From Felis catus (lineage: Eukaryota): DNA of 64,000 bases. Shown here piece after piece: positions 50,657-61,805 of the stretch. Where the stretch lies: positions 109,988,001-110,052,000 of the forward strand of contig NC_058377.1 of assembly GCF_018350175.1 (NCBI RefSeq). The letters are read 5' to 3'. Position 1 is the first letter of the stretch. Each line of letters starts with the position of its first letter. Under the pieces are notes generated by a model. That model did not search any database. It was given only the letters and a program-made list of their open reading frames with translations, and was not told the origin of the DNA. Made by a program: the position numbers and the translations under genes.

Positions 50657-53600
50657 ATGGCCCAGGCCCTAGGGGAGGACCTGGTGCAAACTTCAGAGCT
50701 ACAGGATGACTCCAGCTCTTTGGGATCTGACTCCGAGCTGAGTGGGCCCGGCCCATATCGCCAGGCTGACCGCTATGGCTTCATTGGGGGCAGCTCAGCA
50801 GAGCCAGGGTAAGTGGGGGAGAGATGGGGGGCAGCGGGGTGCTGGGGCTGAGGATGGGGGCTGAGGGATGAATTTTAGAGTGAGGCTCAACCGCGAGGGT
50901 CCTGGAGGGTCTGGGGGCTCAGCCAGCGTCACCCCTTCTCACACTCCAGGTAGAATCCTAAAGCCAGCAGGGCTGAGACAAGAGTGTCTCTGGTCTGTCT
51001 CTTTTACCCTGAACCTCCAATGCTTTGCACCTATCCTTAAGGCCAAACATCCTTCCCCTTTTAATCTCTGCCCCAATGATCCCAGAACCTAACCAAAGGA
51101 CCCACACCTCTTCCCTCACCCTCTCCCGTTCCCAATACACAGACAGGAAAACAAGTGCAGATAGGAACTTGCCCGAGGTCACCGCGGAGACCAAATAGAA
51201 CTACATTCAAACTCAGGACTCCTGGCTTCTAGTCCGGGGCTCTGTCCACTTAGCTTCTCTTAGGAGTTGTCTGTGTTCCTACCCTGGGGGACGGCCAACC
51301 AGCCCCTCCCCCAGCACACACCTACACACCCCCTTCAGCCTCTCCTGCTTCTGCCCACAGCAGAGCCACATCCTTTCCTGTCCCCATGACAACGATTGGC
51401 AACTCCTGGGTGACAGGTCACCCCCCTCCCGCCCCAGGGCTCCCCAGAGATCTCCAGGGCCAGGAGCTGAGTTTACCTGGGTAGCATGAAGGGTGGCAGA
51501 TGTGGGCTCTAGGTGACAGCTGGCCCACACCTCGACACCTGTGTCGTGTGCCCTCAGGCCCGGTCACGCTCCTGCAGACCTTATCCGCCAGCGAGAGATG
51601 AAGTGGGTAGAGATGACCTCACACTGGGAGAAAACCATGTCTCGGCGATACAAGAAGGTGAGGGGACGATGGTCCCATTGCCTCTGCCCGTGCCCTGGCA
51701 AAATTTACCCCTCCCGGATCCCGGGACCTCCTGCCTTTTTCCCCTACCGCCCAAGGTGACCCTTGCCCCACGACAGGCTGGGGCTTGGGACCTGCCAACA
51801 GGAGCAGGAGAGGCTGGCCTCGCTGTTCTGACGGGACTCCTTGGCCTCACCCACAGGTAAAGATTCAGTGCCGGAAAGGCATCCCCTCGGCTCTGCGGGC
51901 CCGGTGCTGGCCTCTGTTGTGCGGGGCCCACGTGTGTCAAAAGAACAGCCCCGACACCTATAAGGTAATAGAGTTGGCAGGGGTCCTGCCTGCCCTTCTC
52001 AGAGCCCCTCGCCACTCCGAGCCCTCACCCCCACCTTCCTGTCCACCCACAGGAACTGGCCAAGGCCCCTGGAGACCCACATTGGATGGAGACCATCAGC
52101 AGGGACCTGCACCGCCAGTTCCCTCTGCACGAGATGTTTGTGTCACCTCAGGGTCATGGGTAGGAGGCCAGGGACCCCCAGAGACCTCCGGCCCCACGAT
52201 CCCCAGGGCACTTCGGCCCAGGCCCCCACCTCAGCTTTATATCCTTCCATCTCGGGGGACCCAGTGAGGCCCAGGGGGGCTGAGGCCTGGGAAGGGGCCG
52301 CCAGTGGGTGGGGAAGGGGTGCCTGGAGGACTGACCCCTAATGGGGTCTTCTGGTACAGGCAGCAGGGGCTCCTGCAGGTACTCAAGGCCTACACGCTGC
52401 ATCGGCCCGAACAGGGCTACTGTCAGGCCCAGGGCCCTGTGGCTGCTGTGCTGCTCATGCACCTGCCCCCAGAGGTGAGTGCCCTAGACCCTACATCAGG
52501 GATTCGAGACCCTGACACCCCAACCCCAGTGACCCGTGACCCCCAACCCCAGGAACTCTGGACTCAGGGACCTGGGATCCTTGACTCCCAGATCCTGTCC
52601 TAGTGACCTGGGGCCTCATGACCACCAACCTCCGTGACCTTCAAGGCCAACGATCTTGACTCCAGAAACCTGGGACCCTTGGTCCCTGACCCCTGTCCCG
52701 GTGATCTGAGAACCTGGATGTCATCACCTTGACTTCACAACTCCTGATTTTGAGCCCCGTGACCATGACTTCTGACCCTTATGACCCCCCAAGAACCCAG
52801 GACTTGAACTCTGGGACCCTCCCAACCCTTGACCAGTGCGCCCCAACTCTGTGACTCTGAAAATCAATACTGTGAGCCCTGTGACTTCCACCTTCCTAAA
52901 CCCATCATCGGCCTCTACCTGGGCAGTGAGGAGTCTTTCCGTCAGAGCCTGAGTTTAGGCTGCGTTTAGGCTCCAGGCTCCAGAGCCACCCCCAGATGAT
53001 GCCCAGGCCCTCCCCCGTGCTCTTTTCCCCTGCCCTGTGCTTCCCTCTACGGTCCCCTCGGTGCGGGCATTCATGGCCTGTGCCCCTCCCGCAGGAGGCC
53101 TTCTGGTGCCTGGTGCAGATTTGTGAGGTCTACCTCCCTGGCTACTACGGGCCCCACATGGTGAGAGGCTGGAGGGGGTCGGAGGGCACAGGGGAGGGGC
53201 TGGGCAGGCAGGGGCCTAGGGACTGAGAGGGGCAGCCTGGGGTTTGCGAGTCGTGCTGACGGACGGACGGACGTGGCTGCAGGAGGCTGTGCAGCTGGAC
53301 GCTGAAGTGTTCGCGGCCCTGCTCCGGCGGCTGCTCCCGCGCGTGCACAAGCACCTGCAGCAGGTGGGCGTCGGGCCTCTGCTGTACCTGCCCGAGTGGT
53401 TCCTGTGCCTCTTCGCCCGCTCCCTGCCCTTCCCCACAGTGCTGCGCGTCTGGGATGCCTTCCTCAGCGAGGGTGAGTAGGCAGCTGGAGGCGGGGCATG
53501 GCCAGGGCCGCCGGGAGCCTGGGGTGCGCACGGGGACGAGCGCACCAGCCGTGCCTGGCCCCACCTGCCGCTGCCAATCCCGGCCTGGGTGGGGGTGCCA

Positions 53601-56027
53601 GAGTGTGTTCAGGGTGATGGCGTCGGGTTGGCGCTGGGGGCACAGCGCAGCCCCTGCCTGCACGTCACCAGTGTCATCCCCAGCTTTGCGCCTGTGGTGA
53701 GACCCCCCTTAGGGAGGGCAGGCTCTGCCTGGAGGCGGGCTGGGGGCAGAGGTGGGGAGATCGATCGCAGCAGTGGAGCTGTTCAGGGACTGGGCTCGGT
53801 AGGCACGGCCAGCGGCAGGGACGCGGCCAGTGGGAGCGTAACAGCGCTCATCCCCGGAGCCCACAGGCACTGGGTGCCAGGCACTGCTGTAGACACTGGG
53901 ATCACCAGCATGAAGGACACCTACATTCTGGTGGGGGGCGGGGGAGACAGCGGTAACCATATAACAAGATATTTATAGAGGTGCCTGGCTGGCTCCGTCG
54001 TAGAGCATGCGACTCTTGATCTTGGGGACGTGAGTTCAAGCCCCACGGTGAGCATAGAGCTTAAAAAAAGAGAGAGCAGGTATTTATAGATTGTCCTAAG
54101 TACCACGAAGAAAATAAAACAAGGAACGTGACAGAGTGTTAGGGGCGCAGTGGGAGGAGAGTGCTGTTTTCAAGATGCTTTTGGCCTCTGCATTGGGGGG
54201 AGGCATAAACTGGCAGGGCCCGTGTGGAGGCCGCGAGGCCAGGAGAGACACTGTCCACAGGGTCGCGGCTACAGATGACTTGGCGGGCACGGGCGTGGAG
54301 AAAGATGAAGCCAGAGAGGTCGGGCTGAGAGTGAGTGGAGTCGGGGCCCAGCTGAGCCGGACGTTTCAGGACGTGGGGGCTCTGCCTCGGGGCCCCCATG
54401 GGCAACCCACCTGCGTCCTGTTCTGTGTGGGTTGTCTGGCAGTCGCAACTGAAAGCTGGTAGACGTCAATCGGTACATTTATCGAGCACCTGCTGTGTGC
54501 CCCATCGGCTCCAGGCCCCCTTGGAGTTCTGGCCGCAGGTGTTCAAGTTGTCATGTACGCATCACCGCCTCTCCAGCCTCGGACCTCCGAGGCCCGGCAG
54601 GGCAGGGCTGGATCAGTTGGCTGAGCCCTCTTCCGCCCTCTCCGCTGAGGACAGGACGGGCACTGTGAGGGGCTCCTTTCATCGTGATGGTGACATGACT
54701 GGTGGCTCTCATCTCTTTATGAGTCAGAGCTGTCACCGGGCCTCATTGGTCCCCGAGGCTGCTCGGAAGGGATTCTGAGGCCCCGGGAACAGCCCGAGGT
54801 CACACCGGAGTGTGCCTGAGAGCGTGCAGGCATGTGCGTGTGCCCGTGTGCACTGTGCTCTTGGCTCAGGGGTGAAGAGCTCTGGCTGGAATCTCTCCAG
54901 AGCAAGAAGGTCACTGGTCTTAACTGGCACCCACTTGGCCCTGCCTCGTAAGGACGAGTTGCTGAGGCCCAGAGAACAGGCTTGGGTGAAGCGGGGGCAG
55001 CCCCCGGCTCCTGGCGGGCTGCTTTGCTCCCACGTGTCTGCGGCTGCAGAGACTTACTCATCAGTGCCCCCGGTTACAGCCCCACCGTTGTTCATTGCTC
55101 CTGGTCTGAGTCAAGGCCGCAGAACTGCAGGAGGGTGGAAGGAGTGTGGCCAAGAGCAGGTTCAGGTGCAGGACTGAGGAGGGGCAGGGCTGGCCCTGCA
55201 CTGAGTGAGCCCCTGGCCTGCAGGTGTGAAGGTGCTGTTCCGTGTGGGGCTGACGCTGGTGCGCCTGGCGTTGGGCACCACAGAACAGCGCCTGGCCTGC
55301 CCGGGCCTCCTGGAGACGCTCGGTGCCCTACGAGCCATCCCCCCCACCCAGCTGCAGGAGGAGGTCTTCATGTCTCAGGTGGGTGCCCCCTGCCTGCCTT
55401 CCACAATGGCCCAGCTCCTGCTGCTCAACTGGGGAAACTGAGTCTCACGGCAGGAAGTCAGAGTGAGACCCCGGAGCTCAGTTCCTGTCCTCTGAGCAGC
55501 AGAGAATGTGAAAACCCCAGGCTTCAAGCGGCTTTCTATGGTTCCCTTAGCGAGTCTGGCTGTCAGTCCCTCAGCCCTCAGCCGCTTCCTGGGGCTGGGT
55601 CCTGCCCGCCCTGTGGGGACCTGACGGTTTCCTGCCCTCCCCCAGTCCGGGCACACTCAGCGCCAACCGCCCCTCACAGGTGCACAGCGTGGCCCTGTCT
55701 GAGCGTGACCTTCAGCGGGAGATCAGGGCCCAGCTGGCCCAGCTGCCTCAGTCAACGTCCGGGCCACCCCCAAGGCCGCAGGCCCGCCTGCCTGGGGCCC
55801 AGGCCATCTTCGAGGCCCAGCAGCTGGCAGGAGCGCGGGGAGGCGCCAGACCCGAGGTGCCCCGAATAGTGGTGCAGCCCCCGGAGGAGCCCAGGCCACC
55901 GCGGCGCAAGCCCCAGACCCGAGGCAAGACTTTCCACGGGCTCCTGACTCGGTCCCGGGGCCCTCCTGTCGAGGGCCCCTCCAGGTCTCATCGAAGCTCC
56001 ACCTCCTTCCTGGATACCCGATTCTGA
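50657..56027 (+). CDS. TBC1D10C: TBC1 domain family member 10C (Carabin/EPI64C), 446 aa; join(50657..50808,51558..51657,51857..51964,52053..52159,52360..52474,53095..53160,53283..53472,55224..55378,55680..56027)
   Basis: [11 protein letters not shown]...[13 protein letters not shown]...RDLHRQFP...[14 protein letters not shown]...SFLDTRF*. TBC IxxDxxR and YxQ motifs present. 1341 nt. Confidence 0.96.
53979..54070 (+). mobile_element. Can-SINE (old short type)
   Basis: TSD tatttataga. Confidence 0.85.
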
Positions 56028-56337
56028 AGGTCTCACTTCTGAGGTACCATGGACTCGGCGTCCCCTGACCCCAAGGGCCCGGTTGCCCGATGCCTGCCCC
56101 ACAAATGGCTCCGCACTTTACCGCCGGGATTTGGCAGATCAGCTCCCTTCCCGCAGACCGTGTCGGACACAAGGGTGAAGGAAGGTCACACGGTGTGGTT
56201 TCAGGGGCCCAGACCTGCCATTCTCCCGCGGAGCCGTCCCGGTGCTGGGCCCTTGGAAGAATGGAAGCTGAAGGACTGTGGGGTTAAGGGCAGCTGGCTG
56301 GGCGAGGGGCCCCCGCGGGGCTCCTGGGGAGGCCTAG

Positions 56338-56343
56338 AATAAA
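56338..56343 (+). terminator. TBC1D10C: TBC1D10C poly(A) signal AATAAA
   Basis: AATAAA about 310 nt after the stop codon. Confidence 0.75.
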
Positions 56344-58579
56344 GTCTGGGCAGAAACCTGGCTGGAGTTGGACTGAGTGCTCTCCACCCCCAACTGGAGA
56401 CCAGCTGCCCCTCCGCTCCCACCCTCAACCCCTCACAGCCCGGCCTCTCCTAGTCCAGCCCCGGTTTGGTTGGAACAGGATCCACTGCGGCTGCCCATTG
56501 GCTGATGAAAGGTGGTTGCCAGCAACAGGAGCCAATGGTAAGCCGCCTTGCCGGGCCTCTGGTGGGGGGCGGGGCAGGTAAGGCTCTGGCACCTGTGGAA
56601 GGAGGGTTCTCCCAGTGGATGCTGGGCCCAGGAGGGGGCTCTGTCCCCTATTCCTCCCCTCCCCCCCACCAGGCTGGTTCAGGACCCCCAAGGATGGGGG
56701 TACTCTAACCCAAGCCCACCCCCCACCCATGGTCCCGGTCTGGTCCTCGGAGACAGCTGGGCAAGAACAAAAGCCTACTGTGCCAGGACAAAGGGCCCTT
56801 GCCCCCTTCCAAAGCCTTGACTGCACCCCCTCGGGACTGCCGCCATGGAAACTCCCTCCCACATTCGATAATTGCCCCTGTGGGTGCCTGGGGTGCCTGG
56901 GACACGAGCCATCGCCAGGACAACAGGGCCGGTTCCGATGCAGGCTGTGTCCCTACAGTGCCCGTTCCCGGGTGCCCTGCCTCCCTGGAGGCCCGCCCCT
57001 GCAGGGTGGAGGGTGGAGAGTGGAGGGTGGAGGGTGGCAGGGCATGGTGGGACTCTGGAGTACTGGGACAAAGCATCTGGACACTTACTTAGATGGTGGA
57101 ATATTCAATCTGTTCCTCCCAATGGCTGTGCTGGAACACCAGCCTGGCCACTGGTCAGACCCCTGATTTGGAATGTTCTGGTGACAGGGCCACCGGCTGT
57201 AGGCACGCACCTGCTCTTACATATGTTCATATAGCGCTTCTTATGTGCCTGGCCTGGCTCTGGGGCCAACCATCCTGCACCCAAGGAGCCTATGGCCTGG
57301 AAGAGAGAACACAGAGGTCCGGATCCAGATCTGCGGAGTTTCCTGGGGGAAACCGAGGCTCAGAAAGGGAGGGAACTTGGCCAAGACCTCGCTGCCCATG
57401 GCAGACCCAAGGTTTATCCCTGCCTCCGTACCGGCAGCCATGAACCTGTCCCCCCTAAAGCTGGGCACCCACCCAGCTCTGTCCTCCTGGGGATGTTTTC
57501 TCTCCTGCTCCCACCCACTCCCTAGCCCTGCCCCAGCCCCTTGGAATGTGGGGCAGCGGCTGGGCCCCTGTGAGTTAAAGAGAGCTTCCAGGGCCTTCCC
57601 TTCCTCCTCCCCACCCCACTAAAGTACCTGTCTGTAGCTTAACAATAACCTAGTCATCTGCAGTTCCCAGAATACTTTCTCAGAGCCCCCCCCCCCCCGC
57701 CCCGCAGGTAGCACTGATGGCCTCGTTACAAAAGGGGGGAAGTGGAGGCTGGCGAAGCTGAGTGCCCAGCCCAAGATCACAGTGAGGGGCAGAGCCACTA
57801 GGGTACAGGGCTCAGTGAGTTCTAGGCACCTTAGGCTTAAGGCATAGAATGCAGTCTTTGTAGCAGATAGAGTGGGGGGATCTGCTCCTAGAGTCTGCTC
57901 GTAAACTCCCTACCCTCCATGGGCTCAGCTCCTCTGCTGGGAGAGTGGGGAGGCAGGAAAGCAGCAATCTCGGCCCTGGGCCCCGGAATCTGTCGTGAGG
58001 CTGGGAGGGAGGCCATGGTGACAGTGGGTCCCACTGGCTAGAGACCCTAGGGGCAAATGGTCTCCGGCAGGACTCCTCCAGCTAGGGCTGAGTCACTGCG
58101 TTTTCTACTCGGGGAAGCATTTTGTGGGCAGGTGCCATTATCAACCATCTACGTGGGGAGCCCGAGCCAGGCAGGGTGTGGGGGGGCGTCCAACCAGAAG
58201 AGAACTAGCTCCCTCCTCATGTAAACCCTTACCTGCGCACGACGTCCTCATAAGACTATGCTAGCCGCTAGGACACCTGCAGGCTACTTGGGAAAAGATC
58301 TGTCTCCTCCAGGCACATGCAGCTCCACGTGGCAGAGGGAAGGTCACCACTGAGCTGGGTACCTTTGTGCAGTGAGCAACCTGCACAACCACACTCAGAA
58401 AACCTGGCAGCCCCAGCTCCTGACAAACCTGCTCGAAAGGGGGCTCAGGGAAGGCAAGCCATACTTCTGACAGCACTCAGCCCACAGGGACTGAAGCTGG
58501 GATGGCGCCCGGCGATGTCCACTGGCCTGGGACGGCCCAAGGGACAGGAGTAGGGGCCAAGCAAAAAAGTGGAAGGGCA

Positions 58580-58896
58580 GGGGCGCCTGGCTGGCTCAGT
58601 CGGAAGAGCATGTGACTCTTGATCTCGGGGTCATGAGTTTGAGTTCCACATTGGGTGGAGAGATTACTTAAAAATAAACAAATAAACGGGGGCGCCTGGG
58701 TGGCTCAGTCTGTTGAGCGGCCGACTTCAGCTGGGGTCACAATCTCATGATTTGTGAGTTCGAGCCCCCACGTCGGGCTCGCTGCTGTCAGCGAGGAGCC
58801 TGCTTCAGATCTTCTGTCCCCCCCCCCACTCCTCCCCCACTCCTCCCCCACTTGCGTGCTGTCTCTCAAAATAACCGAACATTTGAAATAAACAAA
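58580..58896 (+). mobile_element. Two head-to-tail Can-SINEs (58580-58687 and 58688-58896)
   Basis: Two ggggcgcctgg heads, the second directly after the tail of the first. Confidence 0.9.
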
Positions 58897-59274
58897 CTTA
58901 CTCGTGGAAGGCAGTTGGATCCCCGCCATGGCCCCCATCTTGGGCCGCCACCCACCCCAGGGGTCCCCCCATCCCCACACCGTCCGGAAGCCATACTTGG
59001 GCTCCCCGCAGTCCCCACACAGGAAATGCCCTCTTACCCTCTGAGCCTCGCTTGCCTCATCTGTAAGCGGCAGAGACTCGCAACTGCCACCTCACAGGGT
59101 GAAGGGAGATACAGCACGCAAAGCCCTCCGCACAGCACAAAGTCAAGACGCGCTACGGGGGAGCGCTTACCTTCTGCTCGGTGCCCCCTGCCCTGCCAAG
59201 CCTGGGCTAACGTTTGCATCATAATCCCCACTCTGAGGATGAAAAACCTGAGTCCGCAGAGGCTGCATGGCTTG

Positions 59275-60321
59275 TGTTAAAAACAAGAGGCTCGGGGCGC
59301 CTGGGTGGCTCCGTCGACTTCAGCTCAGGTCATGATCTCGCGGTCTGTGAGTTCGAGCCCCGCGTGGGGCCCTGTGCTGACAGCTCAGAGCCAGGAGCCT
59401 ACTTCAGGTTCTGTGTCTCCGTCTGTCTCTGCCCCTCCCCTGCTCACACTCTCTCTAAAAAATAAATAAATAAACATTAAAAATTAAAAACAAAAACAAA
59501 ACAAAAAACCCCCAGAGGCTCAAAATGGAGATGCTTATGCTTAGCCCCACTTTGCCAAACCCAGTCTCAGCTCTCCCAGAAATGAATTTTTAAAAAAAAA
59601 ATTTTTTTTCAACGTTTTATTTTTTTTATTTTTGGGACAGAGAGAGACAGAGCATGAACGGGGGAGGGGCAGAGAGAGAGGGAGACACAGAATCAGAAAC
59701 AGGCTCCAGGCTCTGAGCCATCAGCCCAGAGCCCGACGCGGGGCTCGACCTCACGGACCGCGAGATCGTGACCTGGCTGAAGTCAGACGCTTAACCGACT
59801 GCGCCACCCAGGCGCCCCTGAATTTTTTTTTAATGTGTATTTATTTTTGAGAGAAACAACATGTGCATAAGCAGGGGAGAGGTGGGGGGGGGCGGCACAG
59901 AGGATCCGAAAGCAGGCTCCACGCTGACAACCGAAAGCCGAGAGCCTGATGCGGGGCTCCACCTCGAGAACTGTGAGATCATAACCTGAGCCCAAGTCGG
60001 ACACTTAACCGACTGAGCCCCCCCCCGGACGCCCCTCAGAAATGGATTCTTAAACCAGGATCGGGAATCACCCGTCAGTACTAGTTGGGCAATGTGCTTG
60101 ATAGACTTCCGTTCCCTAAAGGAAAGTGATCTTACAAGAACGCACTTTTTTTTTGCCCAGTGCAACTTCTTTGCCCTTGCTCCCCTCTGCCCATAAGTCT
60201 TCCACTCTGCACAGCCTCTCAGAGCTCCTATCTGCTAGATGGGATGTTGCCAATTTATGCATCGTTGGATAAAGCCAATAGAATATTTAAAATTTCCTCG
60301 GTTGAGTTTCAGTTTTTAACT
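59275..60321 (+). mobile_element. Solo LTR (probably ERV1 class) interrupted by three Can-SINEs (59294-59510 +; about 59592-59818 -; 59819-60035 -)
   Basis: Termini TGTTAAAAAC...GTTTTTAAC(T), 4-bp TSD CTTG at 59271-59274 and 60322-60325. Confidence 0.7.
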
Positions 60322-61189
60322 CTTGTTAACTGCCAAGGCTCGTGCTCCTTGGTGACATCCGTGCCCCACCCCTGCACCCACCAGTGGGATCACAGTGGAG
60401 CTCGGGCTACCCGCGCAGCAAGAGAACGGACTTCTCGAGAAGTTCTTGAGGTGTTCTTCTGTGGGTGCTTGGGTGAGTGCACCCGGGCGTCATGTTGTCT
60501 TGGGGAGACTGGGTGTGACCGCTGGCGTCCAGCAGACTTGGGCAAAGCAGATCCTATGCATCCCCCCCTCCAGTGCTCAGATCCCCTGGGAACCCCACAG
60601 CTTGGGCACCCCCTTCCCTCTTGGCCCCCTACAGGGCAGAGGGTACCCCAGGAAACTGGGACTGCCCCACTGGTGGGGTCTTCTTACTGATTGGTGCCTA
60701 CTCTGGCGGGGGCCAGGAGAGGTGAGGCAGGAACCCCACAGATGTACGGGGACCCCTGCCTAACAGGGGCTTCTGAGACAGTCTGCCCTAGGCCAGAGTG
60801 CTCTGGCTAAGACACATTGCTGTGGGCTGGATGCGCTAGGGAGCCCAGGACTCTATCCAAGGGCAGGGCTCCAGACTGTGTGCCCCGACTGCTCTCCTGG
60901 CCACCCCACCCCCAAAGGCCAAGGGCAGCCCGGCCACCGGTCTCTGCCCTCTCCGGCTTCTCCCTCTCCCTCCGCGCCTCCCTCCCCCTTTCTTCCATCC
61001 CTCCTTCATTCCCGGACTTTCTCTCCCTCTGTCCCTCTCTCGGGCTCTCTCTGCCCCTGTCCCGGTTGTGCCTTCTCTTCCCCACAGCCTCGTGTCTGTG
61101 ACCCTCTCTTCTGACCATCCCCGTCCGTTGGCACCTGGCCGGCTGTTCCACTTTGTCCGTCTCTCCCGGCTCCACCCTGGAGCCCAGGT

Positions 61190-61560
61190 CTCGGGCTGGG
61201 TGGCGGGCGGCGGGGCGGTGGGGGGTGGGGTGCTGGCTGGGGCCCCGCGCCGCCCCCGCCCCGCACTGGGCACTCCCTCCCGGGGGACCGCTATATAAAG
61301 CGGCGCCACCCGCTCCCGCCGTGCTGCCACCGCCGCCGCGCCGCCCGCCAAGCCCCGCCGCCGCCGCCGCCGCCGCCTTCCAGGTACCCCGGCTCCTGCC
61401 CGCGCCCCGGGGAGAGCCAGGGAGCCCTCCAGGTACCCCGGCTCCTGCCCGCGCCCCGGGGAGAGCCAGGGAGCGGGGCTGCGGGGGCAGGGGCCTCGGG
61501 GACCCAGCGCACCGCCCGCTGGAAGGGCCCAGGACCGCCTGGCTCAGCCCGCGATGTGTG
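61190..61560 (+). promoter_or_regulatory. CARNS1: CARNS1 CpG-island promoter, TATA box and non-coding exon 1
   Basis: TATATAAA at 61292-61299, (GCC)n leader, donor CAG|gtaccc at 61384 (duplicated at 61433). Confidence 0.75.
61379..61474 (+). repeat. Tandem duplication, 49-bp period
   Basis: 61379-61425 is identical to 61428-61474 (47 nt). Confidence 0.95.
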
Positions 61561-61805
61561 AGCTCAGGGGTGTAGGATCCGTGGGGTCCCGGAGGCCGAA
61601 ATCTCCCCGCTTCCTTGGGGTGGAGGTGGGGCAGCCTTGGACACCTGTTGTCAGGGACGGGGGTGAGGGGGAGGCACCGCGGCGGCCACCTCTCTTCCCG
61701 TCTTAGGGGTTGGGCAGTGGGGTACAGACCCCGCTGCCCTGACTCCCGCCTTGGTCTCTCTCCCCTTGTCTCTGCCATTAGTCTGCCAGCCACCCCACCT
61801 GTAAG

